A stretch of 63,610 nt of DNA, filler included, from Octopus bimaculoides (Eukaryota): the NCBI RefSeq assembly GCF_001194135.2. It is 4 parts of 4 records of this genome, joined end to end, with 100 filler letters (N's around TTAATTAATTAA, not from the genome) between each part and the next. Parts side by side here need not be neighbours in the genome. Positions count along the whole stretch, not along the records: positions 34,236 to 52,612 come from NC_069010.1; positions 52,713 to 63,610 come from NC_068984.1; 2 more parts are not named here. One strand, 5' to 3'. Below the pieces are notes generated by a model, which was given only the letters and a program-made list of their open reading frames with translations, was not told the DNA's origin and made no database searches. Below are positions 49,642 to 61,940 of the stretch, in pieces. The first letter of the stretch is position 1. Each line of letters starts with the position of its first letter. The position numbers were made by a program, and so were the translations under genes.

Positions 49642-50510
49642 GTATACTCTTTTACTCATTTCAGTCATTTGACTGTGGCCATGCTGGAGCACCGCCTTTT
49701 AGTCGAGCAAATCAACCCCAGGACTTATTCTTTGTAAGCCTAGTACTTATTCTATCGGTCTCTCTTTTGCCGAAGCGCTAAGTTACGGGGACGTAAACAC
49801 GCCAGCATCGGTTGTCAAGCGATGGTGGGGNNNNNNNNNNNNNNNNNNNNNNNNNNNNNNNNNNNNNNNNNNNNNNNNNNNNNNNNNNNNNNNNNNNNNN
49901 NNNNNNNNNNNNNNNNNNNNNNNNNNNNNNNNNNNNNNNNNNNNNNNNNNNNNNNNNNNNNNNNNNNNNNNNNNNNNNNNNNNNNNNNNNNNNNNNNNNN
50001 NNNNNNNNNNNNNNNNNNNNNNNNNNNNNNNNNNNNNNNNNNNNNNNNNNNNNNNNNNNNNNNNNNNNNNNNNNNNNNNNNNNNNNNNNNNNNNNNNNNN
50101 NNNNNNNNNNNNNGTATACTCTTTTACTCATTTCAGTCATTTGACTGTGGCCATGCTGGAGCACCGCCTTTTAGTCGAGCAAATCAACCCCAGGACTTAT
50201 TCTTTGTAAGCCTAGTACTTATTCTATCGGTCTCTCTTTTGCCGAAGCGCTAAGTTACGGGGACGTAAACACGCCAGCATCGGTTGTCAAGCGATGGTGG
50301 GGTGGGGGGGGGGACAAACACAGACACACACAAACATATATACACACACATATATATATATATACACATATATACGACGGGCTTCTTTCAGTTTCCGTCT
50401 ACCAAATCCACTCACAAGGCTTTGGTCGGCCCGAGGCTATAGTAGAAGACACTTGCCCAGGGTGCCATGCAGTGGGACTGAACCCAGGACCATGTGGTCG
50501 GTAAGCAAGT
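49642..50510 (-). mobile_element. SINE family B copy (189 bp duplicated across a gap)
   Basis: Near-consensus family B; 49642-49830 is repeated at 50114-50302. Confidence 0.88.
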
Positions 50511-50660
50511 AAAAGAGTAAAGAGAGAATATGTATTTGGATACGTGTAGTGTGTAGTTGTGTATATGTATATGTGTGTGGATGTAGCTGTATATATATCT
50601 ACCTGTATGTGTGTGTATTTATATATACATGCGTGTACGTGTTGTGTATATTTGTATTTG

Positions 50661-51185
50661 TCTGAGTGCTGGACCCTTTATCGGCGCTGATCTCATATGG
50701 AACTGGAAGCATTCCATATCAATTCGCTCCAAAGTATCCTCAGTCTCACATGGAAGGACAATGTACTTCATACCAAAATCCTCCTGAGGGCTGGGATCTA
50801 CAGCGTTGAGGCCTGCATCCTTCATCATCATCTCTGCCACACTGGTTAAATGATTCTGATGCCGGGCAACCAGCTCCCAAAGATTGTCCGCTTCAGCGAG
50901 ATCGAGACCGGAAGTAGGTCTCATGAACATCCAGAACTTTCTTTCTGTGATCATCTCAAGCAGTCTCCCATTTTATGCGGTGTCTCTCTCAATCGGTTGG
51001 AACCCTAGCTGCTAATCAAAAGGCATGGCAGTCCTTGTCAGCTACCGGAGTAGAGTGCTTTGAAAGTGAATGCAGGAGACTGCATGAAGAGGGATCGAGA
51101 CATTGTCGTCAACCCCCTGTGGCTGTTGCTTGGGGTCGCTTTCAGTGCCCACACTGCCACAGGGGTGGAATTCTGTTTTAAGCAC
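50661..51185 (+). mobile_element. RTE (BovB-like) LINE C-terminal remnant
   Basis: SECWTLYRR*SHMELEAFHINSLQSILSLTWKDNV...LPKIVRFSEIETGSR... and LAANQKAWQSLSATGVECFESE...FQCPHCHR. Confidence 0.85.
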
Positions 51186-51254
51186 CCTATATAACCTCTC
51201 TTAAATTCTTCATTTTTGCAAATTTGTATTCTACACTCAGGAATTTATACCATC

Positions 51255-51593
51255 ATCATCATAATCATCATCGTTTAACGTCCGCTTTCCATGCTAGCAT
51301 GGGTTGGACGATTTGACTGAGGACTGGTGAAACCAGATGGCTACACCAGGCTCCAATCTGATTTGGCAGAGTTTCTACAGCTGGATGCCCTTCCTAACGC
51401 CAACCACTCAGAGAGTGTAGTGGGTGCTTTTATGTGCCACCGGCACGAAGGCCAGTCAGGTGGTACTGGCAACGGCCACGCTCAAAATGGTGTATTTTAC
51501 GTGCCACCTGCACAGGAGCCAGTCCAGGGGCACTGGTAACGATCTCGCTCGGAAGTCCTTACACATGCCGCGGGCACAAGTGCCAGAAAGGCG
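51255..51593 (-). mobile_element. SINE family C, near full length
   Basis: (CAT)n tail then aacgtccgctttccatgctagcatgggttggacg...ttctacagctggatgcccttcctaacgccaacc; fragment also at 34236-34335. Confidence 0.8.
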
Positions 51594-52612
51594 NNNNNNN
51601 NNNNNNNNNNNNNNNNNNNNNNNNNNNNNNNNNNNNNNNNNNNNNNNNNNNNNNNNNNNNNNNNNNNNNNNNNNNNNNNNNNNNNNNNNNNNNNNNNNNN
51701 NNNNNNNNNNNNNNNNNNNNNNNNNNNNNNNNNNNNNNNNNNNNNNNNNNNNNNNNNNNNNNNNNNNNNNNNNNNNNNNNNNNNNNNNNNNNNNNNNNNN
51801 NNNNNNNNNNNNNNNNNNNNNNNNNNNNNNNNNNNNNNNNNNNNNNNNNNNNNNNNNNNNNNNNNNNNNNNNNNNNNNNNNNNNNNNNNNNNNNNNNNNN
51901 NNNNNNNNNNNNNNNNNNNNNNNNNNNNNNNNNNNNNNNNNNNNNNNNNNNNNNNNNNNNNNNNNNNNNNNNNNNNNNNNNNNNNNNNNNNNNNNNNNNN
52001 NNNNNNNNNNNNNNNNNATGAGATCACTTAAAAATTACAAATTTCGTAATTATCTGTCAATATTTACACATATCTAACCTTTTTGCTATATCTACTGGGT
52101 ATATTTCTCTGATATTGAAATGAGGTTTGCTAATTTTTCACCCAATATCTCGCTTATTTCTATTTAAAATGTTATTTTGATCATTCCAGCGTGTTTCTAA
52201 GGCTGTTTTATGCTAGAAATCAAAGTTTCAGAAAAAAAACTCCAGTTAATAGAATTATGGGAGGTAATGGGTTAAATTCCAGTCCCCTCTTATCCCATCT
52301 GTGAGGCCCAATGACTGAAGAGCCTTTCTCACCATTTCAGCCCACATCTTCCTGGTTCTACCCCTTCCACATGTCCCCTCCACACTTAGAGTTCAACACC
52401 TCTCGATGCAATTGTCTTCATTCATATGCGTTCGCGCTGTATCCCAAAGTCAATTATTTCATGTTTATTTTCTTTCTGTTCTCATTTTCCTGCAATAAAA
52501 TTGTTTAGTTTAATAGTTTAACACAACAATCAAAAAAAAAAAAAACTACTTAACATTAAAAGAAAATAAATCAATAGAATTTCACAATTTGTAATAATTC
52601 AGGTGGTTTCTT

Positions 52613-52712
52613 NNNNNNNNNNNNNNNNNNNNNNNNNNNNNNNNNNNNNNNNNNNNTTAATTAATTAANNNNNNNNNNNNNNNNNNNNNNNNNNNNNNNN
52701 NNNNNNNNNNNN
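52613..52712. other. artificial 100-base assembly join (44 N + TTAATTAATTAA + 44 N)
   Basis: Same layout as 18479 and 34136. Confidence 0.92.
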
Positions 52713-52778
52713 ATATATGGTGTGTATGTCTATATATGTATATATGTATACATATGAAAAAATATATATGCATATATA

Positions 52779-52815
<37 letters not shown>

Positions 52816-52837
52816 ATATATGTGTTTGTATGTGTGT

Positions 52838-54071
52838 GTGGGGTCATCCCATAATGCGAGAAATAAATTAAGAGAAATAAAGTTCTTTTTTAATCTAAAA
52901 TATACTCTCCTTCATTTTCTACAATGCTCTTCCATCTATCTGGTAGACTTACAAGGCCCCTCTTCCAAAATTCACTTGTACATGACGAAAATTACTCCTC
53001 GAGTATTGTTCTGACCTCGTCTGCAGAGTTCATATTTTTTCCATCCGAATAATTTTGAAGACTGCGGAATAAATAATAATCAGATGGGGCAATGTCCGGG
53101 TGGAGCATCGTTTCCCATTCAAATTGCTCCAGCCTTTAGAATGACATCCTCGCTATATGTGGTGGAGCATTATCCTGATGGAAGAACGCCTTTCGTCTTG
53201 AAATCAAAGATAGTCATTTTCCTTCTAGCGCTGACTTAAGCCGCTCAAGCTACTCGCAGATGTCCTTTGTTATCGTTTGGTTTTGGTTTAAAAGTTCAAA
53301 GTGAACTAAACCTTTCATATCCCACCAAACAGATAACAACACCTTACGTGGGTGAAGACTTCCTTTAGCCTGAGATACAGGTGCTTCTCATTTCTCTACC
53401 CACTGTCTTCGGCGCTCGACATTTTAATAGAGAACCCATTTCTCATCACCAGTTCTCTATTAAAATGTTTCATTCGTGAGACTTGACAGCAAAGAAGAGC
53501 ACATATTCACTCTCTGCACGCGATTAGACTCGGAAAGTTTGTGAGGAACCCATTGACCCAATTTTCTTACTTTTCCGATGGCACGCAGGTGTCGATGAAC
53601 AGTTGAATGACCAAATCTAAGCTTCTCTGCTAGTTCCTCAACAGGAACCCACAAGGGTTTGCATGACGTCCACTTCGAGCTCTACAAGTCTTCCAGGACG
53701 AGGCTCATCATCTAGGCTGTAGTTTCCGGCTCGGAATTTCTGGAACCACCGTTGACACTAGCTTACGCTTATTGTCTGATGCCCATATACTGCATTAATA
53801 TTGTTCACACTTTCCGTTGTATTGTTGCCTTTATTGAACTCATAAAGCAAAATATGCCGAATATACTCCTTTGTCACTTCCACTATAGCTTTGAAAAAAT
53901 AACTGTTAAAATCGAACTGCATTTTCAAAACTTGCATTTAGAATAAGAACAAGATAAAATTACTATCTGCTTTTATAGCAATTTCATGTAGGTAGTTTAT
54001 CCCGTCTCCTTCCGACTTTTAATTCATACAATTGAAAAAACTGCATTATTTATGGGATGATCCACCCAATT
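52838..54071 (-). mobile_element. full-length defective mariner transposon
   Basis: ELAEKLRFGHSTVHRHLRAIGKVRKLGQWVPHKLS (WVPHxL motif). TIR pair gtggggtcatcccataatgcg (52838) / cattatttatgggatgatccacccaat (54044-54070). Confidence 0.85.
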
Positions 54072-54499
54072 TATATATATATATATATATACATATAACA
54101 GTATGAATATATATGTGTGTGTATACGTATGTATGTATGTGTGTGTGTGTGTGTGTGTGTGCGGGTGCCCGTGCGTGCGTGTGGCAACGAAGTAAAATAA
54201 GACATAAAATGTATTAAATAGACTGTTAAATGAAAGTATGATTAATTAGTTTTTTTTAATGAAAACTAAGAATTTAAAGAATAAAAATGTATAAGTTAAC
54301 ATTTCTTACCTGAATATGGTAATTCAACCAAAATGAATGCAAATGAGGAAAATACTTTTGGAAAAAACGAAAAGTATTTCTTTTTCTACGTGTCTTACGA
54401 CAACTTCTTTCTCCAACAAGAGGATTTTCGGGGCCGACTATTACTAAAGAAGAAACAGCAGAAGTAGAAAGTTCTTGGGTCGTATTTTCAAAGGGTGAA

Positions 54500-55870
54500 T
54501 TTCCGCAGGCCATTTTTCTGGAGCGTTCAGAAGTATTGCAACAGTTTTACCAGAGAAATAATAAACAATCACTCAGCATTCACCGAGAAAAGATAATACG
54601 TACGCCCAATGAATATGAGCTCACACTTGAAACAAATGAACTTTCTTCAGCTTTTCTCCTTATATGGAGTTTTATGGTATGGTCTTCATTTTCAGAGTCT
54701 TGTTGTTGCAAGAATTCTGCTTTTTCTTTGTTTAGTTTTTTTTATGCTTCATATCCTCTTCCTTCACCTCCTTCAAAACATACAATTTCCTGAACTACAG
54801 GCTGTGTCCCAAATGTCTCAAGGGCCCTTAAAGAGATAGCATCAGGCCCCAGCGCTCCCGAAGAAGAGTTCAAACGCTTATAAGACAGTTTTCCTCATGA
54901 TTTGACTATGAAATGCGCAGCCTCTGTAATTGTGAAATTATTCTTCCGAAACTCTTTTAATGTAACGCCCCTAGAGGGAAGATGCTTTGTATACACTTTT
55001 TTTCTTTCAAAATTTACAATATATTGCTGATAATAAATTATAGCAAAGAAGTGGTATTGAAAAGGCAGGAAATGAACTGTGATCACATCAGACTCCTATG
55101 ACATTTCGTCCCAGTTGCTAAATGATTTGCTGAAGCATTGTCTATAACGAGAAGGTTGTCTTTAAGTTAGCCATCTACTGTGGGGAAAAATACATCAATC
55201 AACCAAGCAGTAAATATGTTCCAGGCAACCTAGAACTTCTAGTTAAAAGCCCATTGAAAATTAAGCCTGTTATTGTTTATGTTTTTGAAAGCCTGAAAAT
55301 TACAACAGATGTGACGTCGTGTTCAAATCCCTGAGGCATTGATGCAAAAATGTATGGCTACAGCCCTATTGAAATTAAAAGTGCTAAAACCAAAAATTAC
55401 TCTCCTATAAAATCTCACAAAATTCAACACGGTATTTTTCTACAGCAACTTTGAACTGGCAGTCTCAGCATGCTTCACAGCACTTTGAATACGCCAAGCA
55501 TGCTTTAAAAGACTTGAACCAAAGCTTGCACGTTTTATATCTTACTTGCTTTGCATCCTTATCAGTTTCAGTCCAAGGGGCATCTTCCTTAAGTTATTTA
55601 TAAAGATACTTAGATTTCTCAATGAAATGCAACACTCACTGAATTCACAGTGATCTTCCATCTCATTTGCATGCATGACACGAATATTATGATACCCATA
55701 TATACCTTTGGCTACCAATGCTCATTGCTTTTCTTAATCAAACAGATAGTAAATTTGGCCAATCCATGCTCATCATTAAGATCACTTAAACTAATGCTAC
55801 TTTCTTCATTTTCAAAGTAATATCCGTTTGTATTGGCTTTGCGCTTTATTATCGGCATAATGAATATTCT
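54500..55870 (-). mobile_element. degenerate pogo/Tigger (DDE_1) transposase
   Basis: Across frames: SLSDLNDEHGLAKFTICLIKK (HTH-like), WLIDVFFPTV...LLVIDNASANH, VHFLP/NTTSLL and TLKEFRKNNFTITEAAHFIVKS*...LNSS. Confidence 0.75.
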
Positions 55871-56829
55871 TGGTAAAAAAAGTAAATTTAAATGTCCCCT
55901 TGTAGAAATTCTATTGGTTTTGCTTCTAATAAAATAACAAATCAGGACGATGATGTAAATTCGTTTTGCTGTACAAAAACTGTGAATAAGAATGATGGAC
56001 ATGTTTTCTTTATGGTATCTGTCTATTTCAATTTTTAATTTACTAATTTTCTATGGAAGTCTTTCTATGACATCATTTATTATATTTGTCGCCAAATTGA
56101 TGAAAGAACGCTCGTTATCATGATTTTTTTTAAACACTAATTTTCGTTACCAAATTTAATTGAGTAATCATATTGCTTTCTCTTACGTGAACTGAAAATA
56201 TCTATAAATATTTTACTGGGAATAGATAATTTAGTAGTTATAGGTTTAATGTTCGAAGCATGGATCATGTTTAATCAACTTTTAACATCCAGATGCAACA
56301 TGTAAATTTATTATCACACTATCCTAAGCGGATGTCTCTACTATTTGCTCAAAACATTACACACAATATAAATAACAATAATTGTCTCATTAAACCTAAA
56401 TATATCCCACGAGAAAATTACAGAGAAATAGCAGGGACAGTTTTTGTGACTTTGGTAGATTCTCCAAACCGGGTGAATTTCATGCGTTTCATGTTCCTCT
56501 TCAATTATTGTATGTTGAAAGCTGGATTAAAAATATAGACTGAGAGAGAGTTCTAGTAGGCCGACATTCTAGGAAGAAAGGAAAGATATGCATGGTAAAC
56601 GCAAGAATTGGAGAGTAGTCCTTATATGGGGGATAAAAGAAGAGATGAGCAACACTGGAGTGCTTAGTGGACGGGGCAGGAGACCAGCTATTTCTCAGAA
56701 CTGAGGACCACAGATTAGCAGCCGAAAAGTGGCGCATCTGTAGGCTAGAATTTGAAAAGTGTTGGGTTGTCCTTTTTTTGGATGCGGTCTAAGATATTTG
56801 TATGAAGCAGCAACGGCGTGCCAGACATG

Positions 56830-57235
56830 TGAACTACGTGGTTGAAAAGCAAGCTTCTTACCTCACAGCCGCGCTTTTTGAGTAAATATGATAGATGGAA
56901 ATTGTGTGGAGCCCGTCGTGCGTAGGTGTGTGTGTTTGTGCGTGTGTTTGTGCGTGTGTATGTGAGCTTGTGTGTGTGTGTGTGTGTGTGTGCGTGCGTG
57001 TGTGCATGTGTTTGTCTGCGTATGAGCGTCTCTGTACTTGTGCCACCATCAACCAGTTGATAACCGATGTAGGTTCATTTGTATCCCTGTAATTTAGCAG
57101 TTCGGCAAAACAAAGTGCAATAAATTAAGCACCAGACTTACAGTAAGTACAGAAGCCGATTCATTCAACTAAACACTTCATGGCGGTGCCGCAGTATAAC
57201 CGCAATCCAATGGCCGGAACAAGTAGCAGAATAAA
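56830..57235 (+). mobile_element. diverged SINE family B copy
   Basis: Tail caccatcaaccagttgataaccgatgtaggttc...agcagttcggcaaaa; faces an opposite-strand copy at 57445-57658. Confidence 0.5.
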
Positions 57236-57444
57236 TACGATCACCGGAATGAGGTCTTATAAAACCAAGCTCATAGCTTTCATCATCTAGCTTTAAAAAA
57301 CCAAACGCATTCCCATCTGCATTATTCTAACCAGCAGAAGCATCTCCCTCTGGACAGTTTTATATTATTCTATGTACTCACACACACACACACACACATA
57401 CGTATCTCATCTTTTTGCATATGTATATTTATATGTATCGTCTA

Positions 57445-57658
57445 TCTTTTACTTGTTTCATTCATTAAATTGCATCCTCGCTAGAGTACCTTCTTAAAGA
57501 ATTTTTAATCGAATGAATCTGCACCAGTACTTCTGTTTTAAGCCTAGTTATTGTTCTATCGGTTTCTTTTGCTGAACCGCTGAGATACAGGGATGTAAAC
57601 AAACCAACACCGGTTGTCAAGCGGCTTTGCGGGACAAACAGAAGCACAAAGACACACG
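57445..57658 (-). mobile_element. SINE family B 3' half
   Basis: ttctatcggtttctttgctgaaccgctgagatacagggatgtaaacaaaccaacaccggttgtcaagcg. Confidence 0.7.
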
Positions 57659-57689
57659 ATATTACATTTTATGTCTCAATTTTTCAGGA

Positions 57690-58330
57690 ACTGTCAACAG
57701 CGTTGGAGAGCATAAAGATTAAAGTTGTGGTTAAGAAAAAGTTAGCAGACATAGAGGACTAAAAGCTATATGAATTGGAAAAGAGTTATCAGTCATGATG
57801 ATTCGCGCCGGGTATCAGAGTATCGACATCATGGCTCAATGTTCTGTGTACACTGTAAAGACGTGACATGGACAGCTGCAACGGAGACTACGAGGCCGTG
57901 ACCAGCAAGAAGAGACACTGCAAGCATTCTGAATGAATCTGCACGTCCTATCCCCACATCTTTGAACAGGGACTTTGTAGATGACTATATGAAACTACTG
58001 GGGACTGGTCAAATCTTGACTGGTGAGGATTATTGCTAAAGGTCATATATGTGATAGGAGGATTCGGCTCCCAAAAGGAGTGGCTGTGGGAGAATTTCTA
58101 CGACTTCACCAGCCCCAATTTCTAGTTACCTAATACCCCCGATTGTAATCCTATGGATTAGTATGTGTGGGGCGCGGTTGAGAAAGACATCAGCTGCACT
58201 TCCTGCAATACCAAGGTCAAACTAGAGGCCAAGATCACGATCAGGTGTTCGAAAATCTTCCCAGGTACACGAGGAACATATACGCCAGGTTCTGGTGTGG
58301 TTTGAAGCTGTGGTGGAAGGTGTTATCTCC
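57690..58330 (+). mobile_element. Tc1/mariner-superfamily (maT-like) transposase remnant
   Basis: WLWENFYDFTSPNF*LPNTPDCNPMD*YVWGAVEKDI matches WPP.SPD.NP.DY.VWG. Confidence 0.7.
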
Positions 58331-58758
58331 CGTCCATAATCTAGTTGATAATTTTAGATTTTTAAAACTACTTTTGTTTTTGGATGGGATACTGCGTTTT
58401 CTCTCTCTCTTGTAAGCAAACTGAAATTTAGCCCGAACACCTTGTATCATTGTAAACAGTTTACTTGAAATGTTTCCGCAATTAATATTGTTTTAGTGCT
58501 TCCCATCTAGTTTGATAAGCACAAAATTCTAATCGGAAAATTCAACTTCAATAATATACATTGTTCCTAAATCCGTTTACATTATAGTGGCCCATAAGTA
58601 GAGTACTTAAGATCCGTTCTACTCGCATGAAGGCATACTTTGTATTAATGTGCCATTATAAACGGATTTAGGAGTTTCGAATAGTATTAAAATAAGTTTC
58701 CGACTAGTATGTCCGTGATGGAAGTGGAGTGTTCGCGCACTCAACCCATATATATATA

Positions 58759-58766
58759 TATATAAA
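58759..58766 (+). promoter_or_regulatory. candidate TATA box of the vWA gene
   Basis: TATATAAA about 85 nt upstream of ATG 58846, but it ends a (TA)n run, so chance is likely. Confidence 0.3.
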
Positions 58767-58845
58767 CACGCTGCATGATTCAAGTATTCACATACATGTG
58801 TATGCAAACAAGAGCCAGCAAGATCTCAGTAACAAAAGACGCAAT

Positions 58846-58878
58846 ATGTACAGAGTTTTTGTACTGACACTAATCTTG
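58846..58878 (+). CDS. secreted vWA-domain protein, coding exon 1 (signal peptide N-half)
   Basis: MYRVFVLTLIL then donor |gtgagt, phase 0. Confidence 0.65.
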
Positions 58879-59034
58879 GTGAGTATATATTTTTTTAATA
58901 CTAACTGCTGTCAATTCTACATCTTCCTTGCAAGTTTCTGCAATGACTTTGAACTTAATATCCTTATTTTCAAAATATAAATGAAAATTTTGAGTAATAG
59001 AACTAGTTTGTTAGTTGTTTTGTGTAGCTTCAAG

Positions 59035-59090
59035 TTAGCTCTGACCAAATTAGCTCTGACCAAATTAGCTCTGACCAAATTAGCTCTGAC
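59035..59090. repeat. 15-bp tandem repeat x3.7 (ttagctctgaccaaa)
   Basis: Direct reading; explains the LALTK repeats in ORF 58981-59172. Confidence 0.92.
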
Positions 59091-59569
59091 TGTATCTAAC
59101 GACGAGGCACAGTCCAGATATCCATCTCATTTTATACCATGTCTCCACCTAACTGAAGAACGTATTGTATAATTTTGCACTGTGGTGATTCATCACCACG
59201 GTGCAATGTAACAGCTAGATATGTTGACTTGTTTTCATTGTCAATCAATTCCCTTACGCCATTCGATTCTGGTGAAGACAACAGCACAGACGGTTAGAGT
59301 CATCTTGATGTTCGTCTGCGATTGTTCTTTGGTGGTGTTCATCCTACCACTGCTGCAGCTTCTTCTGTGTGTCTATATGGTTTTTTTCCGTCCGGACTGA
59401 GCAGGAGAAACGGTGTCTTTAAAGTACTGTTGCATTAGTTTTTAGCGATACATATGGGGGTTTCGATGAGGTTTTTACGTAACGACAGGGATTGTGGTCT
59501 TGAAACTTATATCGTTATGTCCCAGTTGTGTTTCACTTTTAGTACCTTAGTTTTGTTTATCATTATTTA

Positions 59570-59790
59570 TCTATGTATAACTTGCAATGATGCGTAGTGC
59601 AAATTTTCGTGTGGTTTGCAATGGGGAGATTAGATGCCATATACGACTGGCATAGTCCAAAATAGATCTTTTGAATTGTTTATACACGATTCTTGAATTA
59701 TGGAAACTTTGATTCAGTTTCTTGATGGAACGCATCCCACTGACCATTTTTGAATTTTGCAAAAGTGGTTTTACTTTCACTTTTGAAATA
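59570..59790 (-). mobile_element. LINE RT C-terminal remnant
   Basis: VYKQFKRSILDYASRIWH...FALRII resembles LYK..VRSILDYAS.IW. Confidence 0.55.
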
Positions 59791-60255
59791 TAAATGGTTG
59801 TGGGAATCATTGGCAGGTAGTAAATTGAGGGGAAAAACCAGGTGTTGAGAGAACTGAAGCCTACCCACTGATGAAACTGAAAATGTTAAAGCGTTGTAGA
59901 GTGTAACTTCATGGGATAGTTTGTGAGTTTAGTAGTTTATAGCACATGGGTACTTTTAGCGGAATTCATTTTGCTGCAAACACACGAACAAATTTCTCGG
60001 TAAAGGGTAATTACAAACTCAAGGAGCACCGACACATAATATACATCCCAAGATATCAAAATGAATAATGAGCTCCTTAAAAAAGAATATCTAATATCCT
60101 ACGCAAATCCCATACAAACCCCATTTCCTCAATTATAATACTTGACAGTTCGAAAGATTCAATGAGATTCAATGGTGTCTTAATAGAGTCTTAAACAAAG
60201 AAAAAGTTACATGTTGATAAATAAGTTAATGTTTTTAGATGTATTTATGTGATTA

Positions 60256-60587
60256 AGGAGTAGTTGTGTGGTAAGTAGATTGCTTGCCAACCACATGGTT
60301 CCGGGTTCAGTCCCACTGCGTGGCACCTTGGGTAAGTGTCTTCTACTATAGCCTCGAGCCGACCAAAGCCTTGTGAGTGGATTTGATAGACGGAAACTGA
60401 AAGAAGCCCGTCGTATATATGTATATATATATATATGTATGTGTGTGTATATGCTTATGTGTCTGTGTTTGCGCCCCTCCCCCCCACCAACATCGCTTGA
60501 CAACCGATGCTGGTGTATTTACGACCCCCGTAACTTAGCGGTTCGGCAAAAGAGACCGATAGAATAAGTACTAGGCTTCCAAAGAAT
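60256..60587 (+). mobile_element. SINE family B, near consensus, runs into gap
   Basis: aggagtagttgtgtggtaagtag...ggttccgggttcagtcccactgcgtggcaccttggg... Confidence 0.9.
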
Positions 60588-61327
60588 NNNNNNNNNNNNN
60601 NNNNNNNNNNNNNNNNNNNNNNNNNNNNNNNNNNNNNNNNNNNNNNNNNNNNNNNNNNNNNNNNNNNNNNNNNNNNNNNNNNNNNNNNNNNNNNNNNNNN
60701 NNNNNNNNNNNNNNNNNNNNNNNNNNNNNNNNNNNNNNNNNNNNNNNNNNNNNNNNNNNNNNNNNNNNNNNNNNNNNNNNNNNNNNNNNNNNNNNNNNNN
60801 NNNNNNNNNNNNNNNNNNNNNNNNNNNNNNNNNNNNNNNNNNNNNNNNNNNNNNNNNNNNNNNNNNNNNNNNNNNNNNNNNNNNNNNNNNNNNNNNNNNN
60901 NNNNNNNNNNNNNNNNNNNNNNNNNNNNNNNNNNNNNNNNNNNNNNNNNNNNNNNNNNNNNNNNNNNNNNNNNNNNNNNNNNNNNNNNNNNNNNNNNNNN
61001 NNNNNNNNNNNNNNNNNNNNNNNNNNNNNNNNNNNNNNNNNNNNNNNNNNNNNNNNNNNNNNNNNNNNNNNNNNNNNNNNNNNNNNNNNNNNNNNNNNNN
61101 NNNNNNNNNNNNNNNNNNNNNNNNNNNNNNNNNNNNNNNNNNNNNNNNNNNNNNNNNNNNNNNNNATATATATATATATATATATATAAAGTTTGAAAAG
61201 TTGAACTATGAACTTTTATGCTTCTTTTCCCTCTTTCGTTCCATCTCCTTATTTTTTTACTTCCTTCCTCTATGTCGTCATATCATTAATATATACCATT
61301 CTCATTTACCCTATTTTTCCCCTATTT

Positions 61328-61383
61328 GTCTCTGATGACAGAATATCCCATACTCGGGGATATCTCAGAAACAGCCGTAAGAC
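61328..61383 (+). ncRNA. type I hammerhead ribozyme motif in vWA gene intron 1
   Basis: GTCT-CTGATGA(61332-61338)-c-ag(a)atatccc...gggatatct-ca-GAAA(61368-61371)-C agcc G-TA^(61379)-AGAC. Core complete; stem II long but with unpaired bases at its base. Confidence 0.65.
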
Positions 61384-61899
61384 TTTGAATTTTTTACAAT
61401 AGTAATATTGTATACGACTTGAGGTGTTTCTCTTGCCTAAATTTTATCCTCTTTAACAATTATGTATTCGCTGCATCGGAAATCTGCAATGGCTCCACAA
61501 CTGCCATCTCGGTTATAACTTTGGAACCCTAGTAATCCGTTACAGTACTTACTTAGCGTACCTTATCGTTTAGATCACCTGTGAACTAAACCCTTATACT
61601 TTGTATGTATATATATGTATATATATATATGTATNNNNNNNNNNNNNNNNNNNNNNNNNNNNNNNNNNNNNNNNNNNNNNNNNNNNNNNNNNNNNNNNNN
61701 NNNNNNNNNNNNNNNNNNNNNNNNNNNNNNNNNNNNNNNNNNNNNNNNNNNNNNNNNNNNNNNNNNNNNNNNNNNNNNNNNNNNNNNNNNNNNNNNNNNN
61801 NNNNNNNNNNNNNNNNNNNNNNNNNNNNNNNNNNNNNNNNNNNNNNNNNNNNNNNNNNNNNNNNNNNNNNNNNNNNNNNNNNNNNNNNNNNNNNNNNNN

Positions 61900-61940
<41 letters not shown>

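Noticed and set aside
49642-50302. 189-bp exact direct duplication
   Set aside because: Copies sit on either side of a gap: an unmerged contig overlap.
50619-50954. 111-aa non-repetitive minus-strand ORF as a novel gene
   Set aside because: It is antisense to a clear RTE LINE remnant on the + strand.
54274-54513. Minus-strand ORF ending in a strong CAG|GTAAGA donor at 54310
   Set aside because: Lies at the 3' flank of the Tigger fossil, with no partner exons or recognisable product.
59862-59902. ctgatga-aac...gtt-aaagc-gtt hammerhead-like motif
   Set aside because: GAAA box is absent and stem I is out of register.
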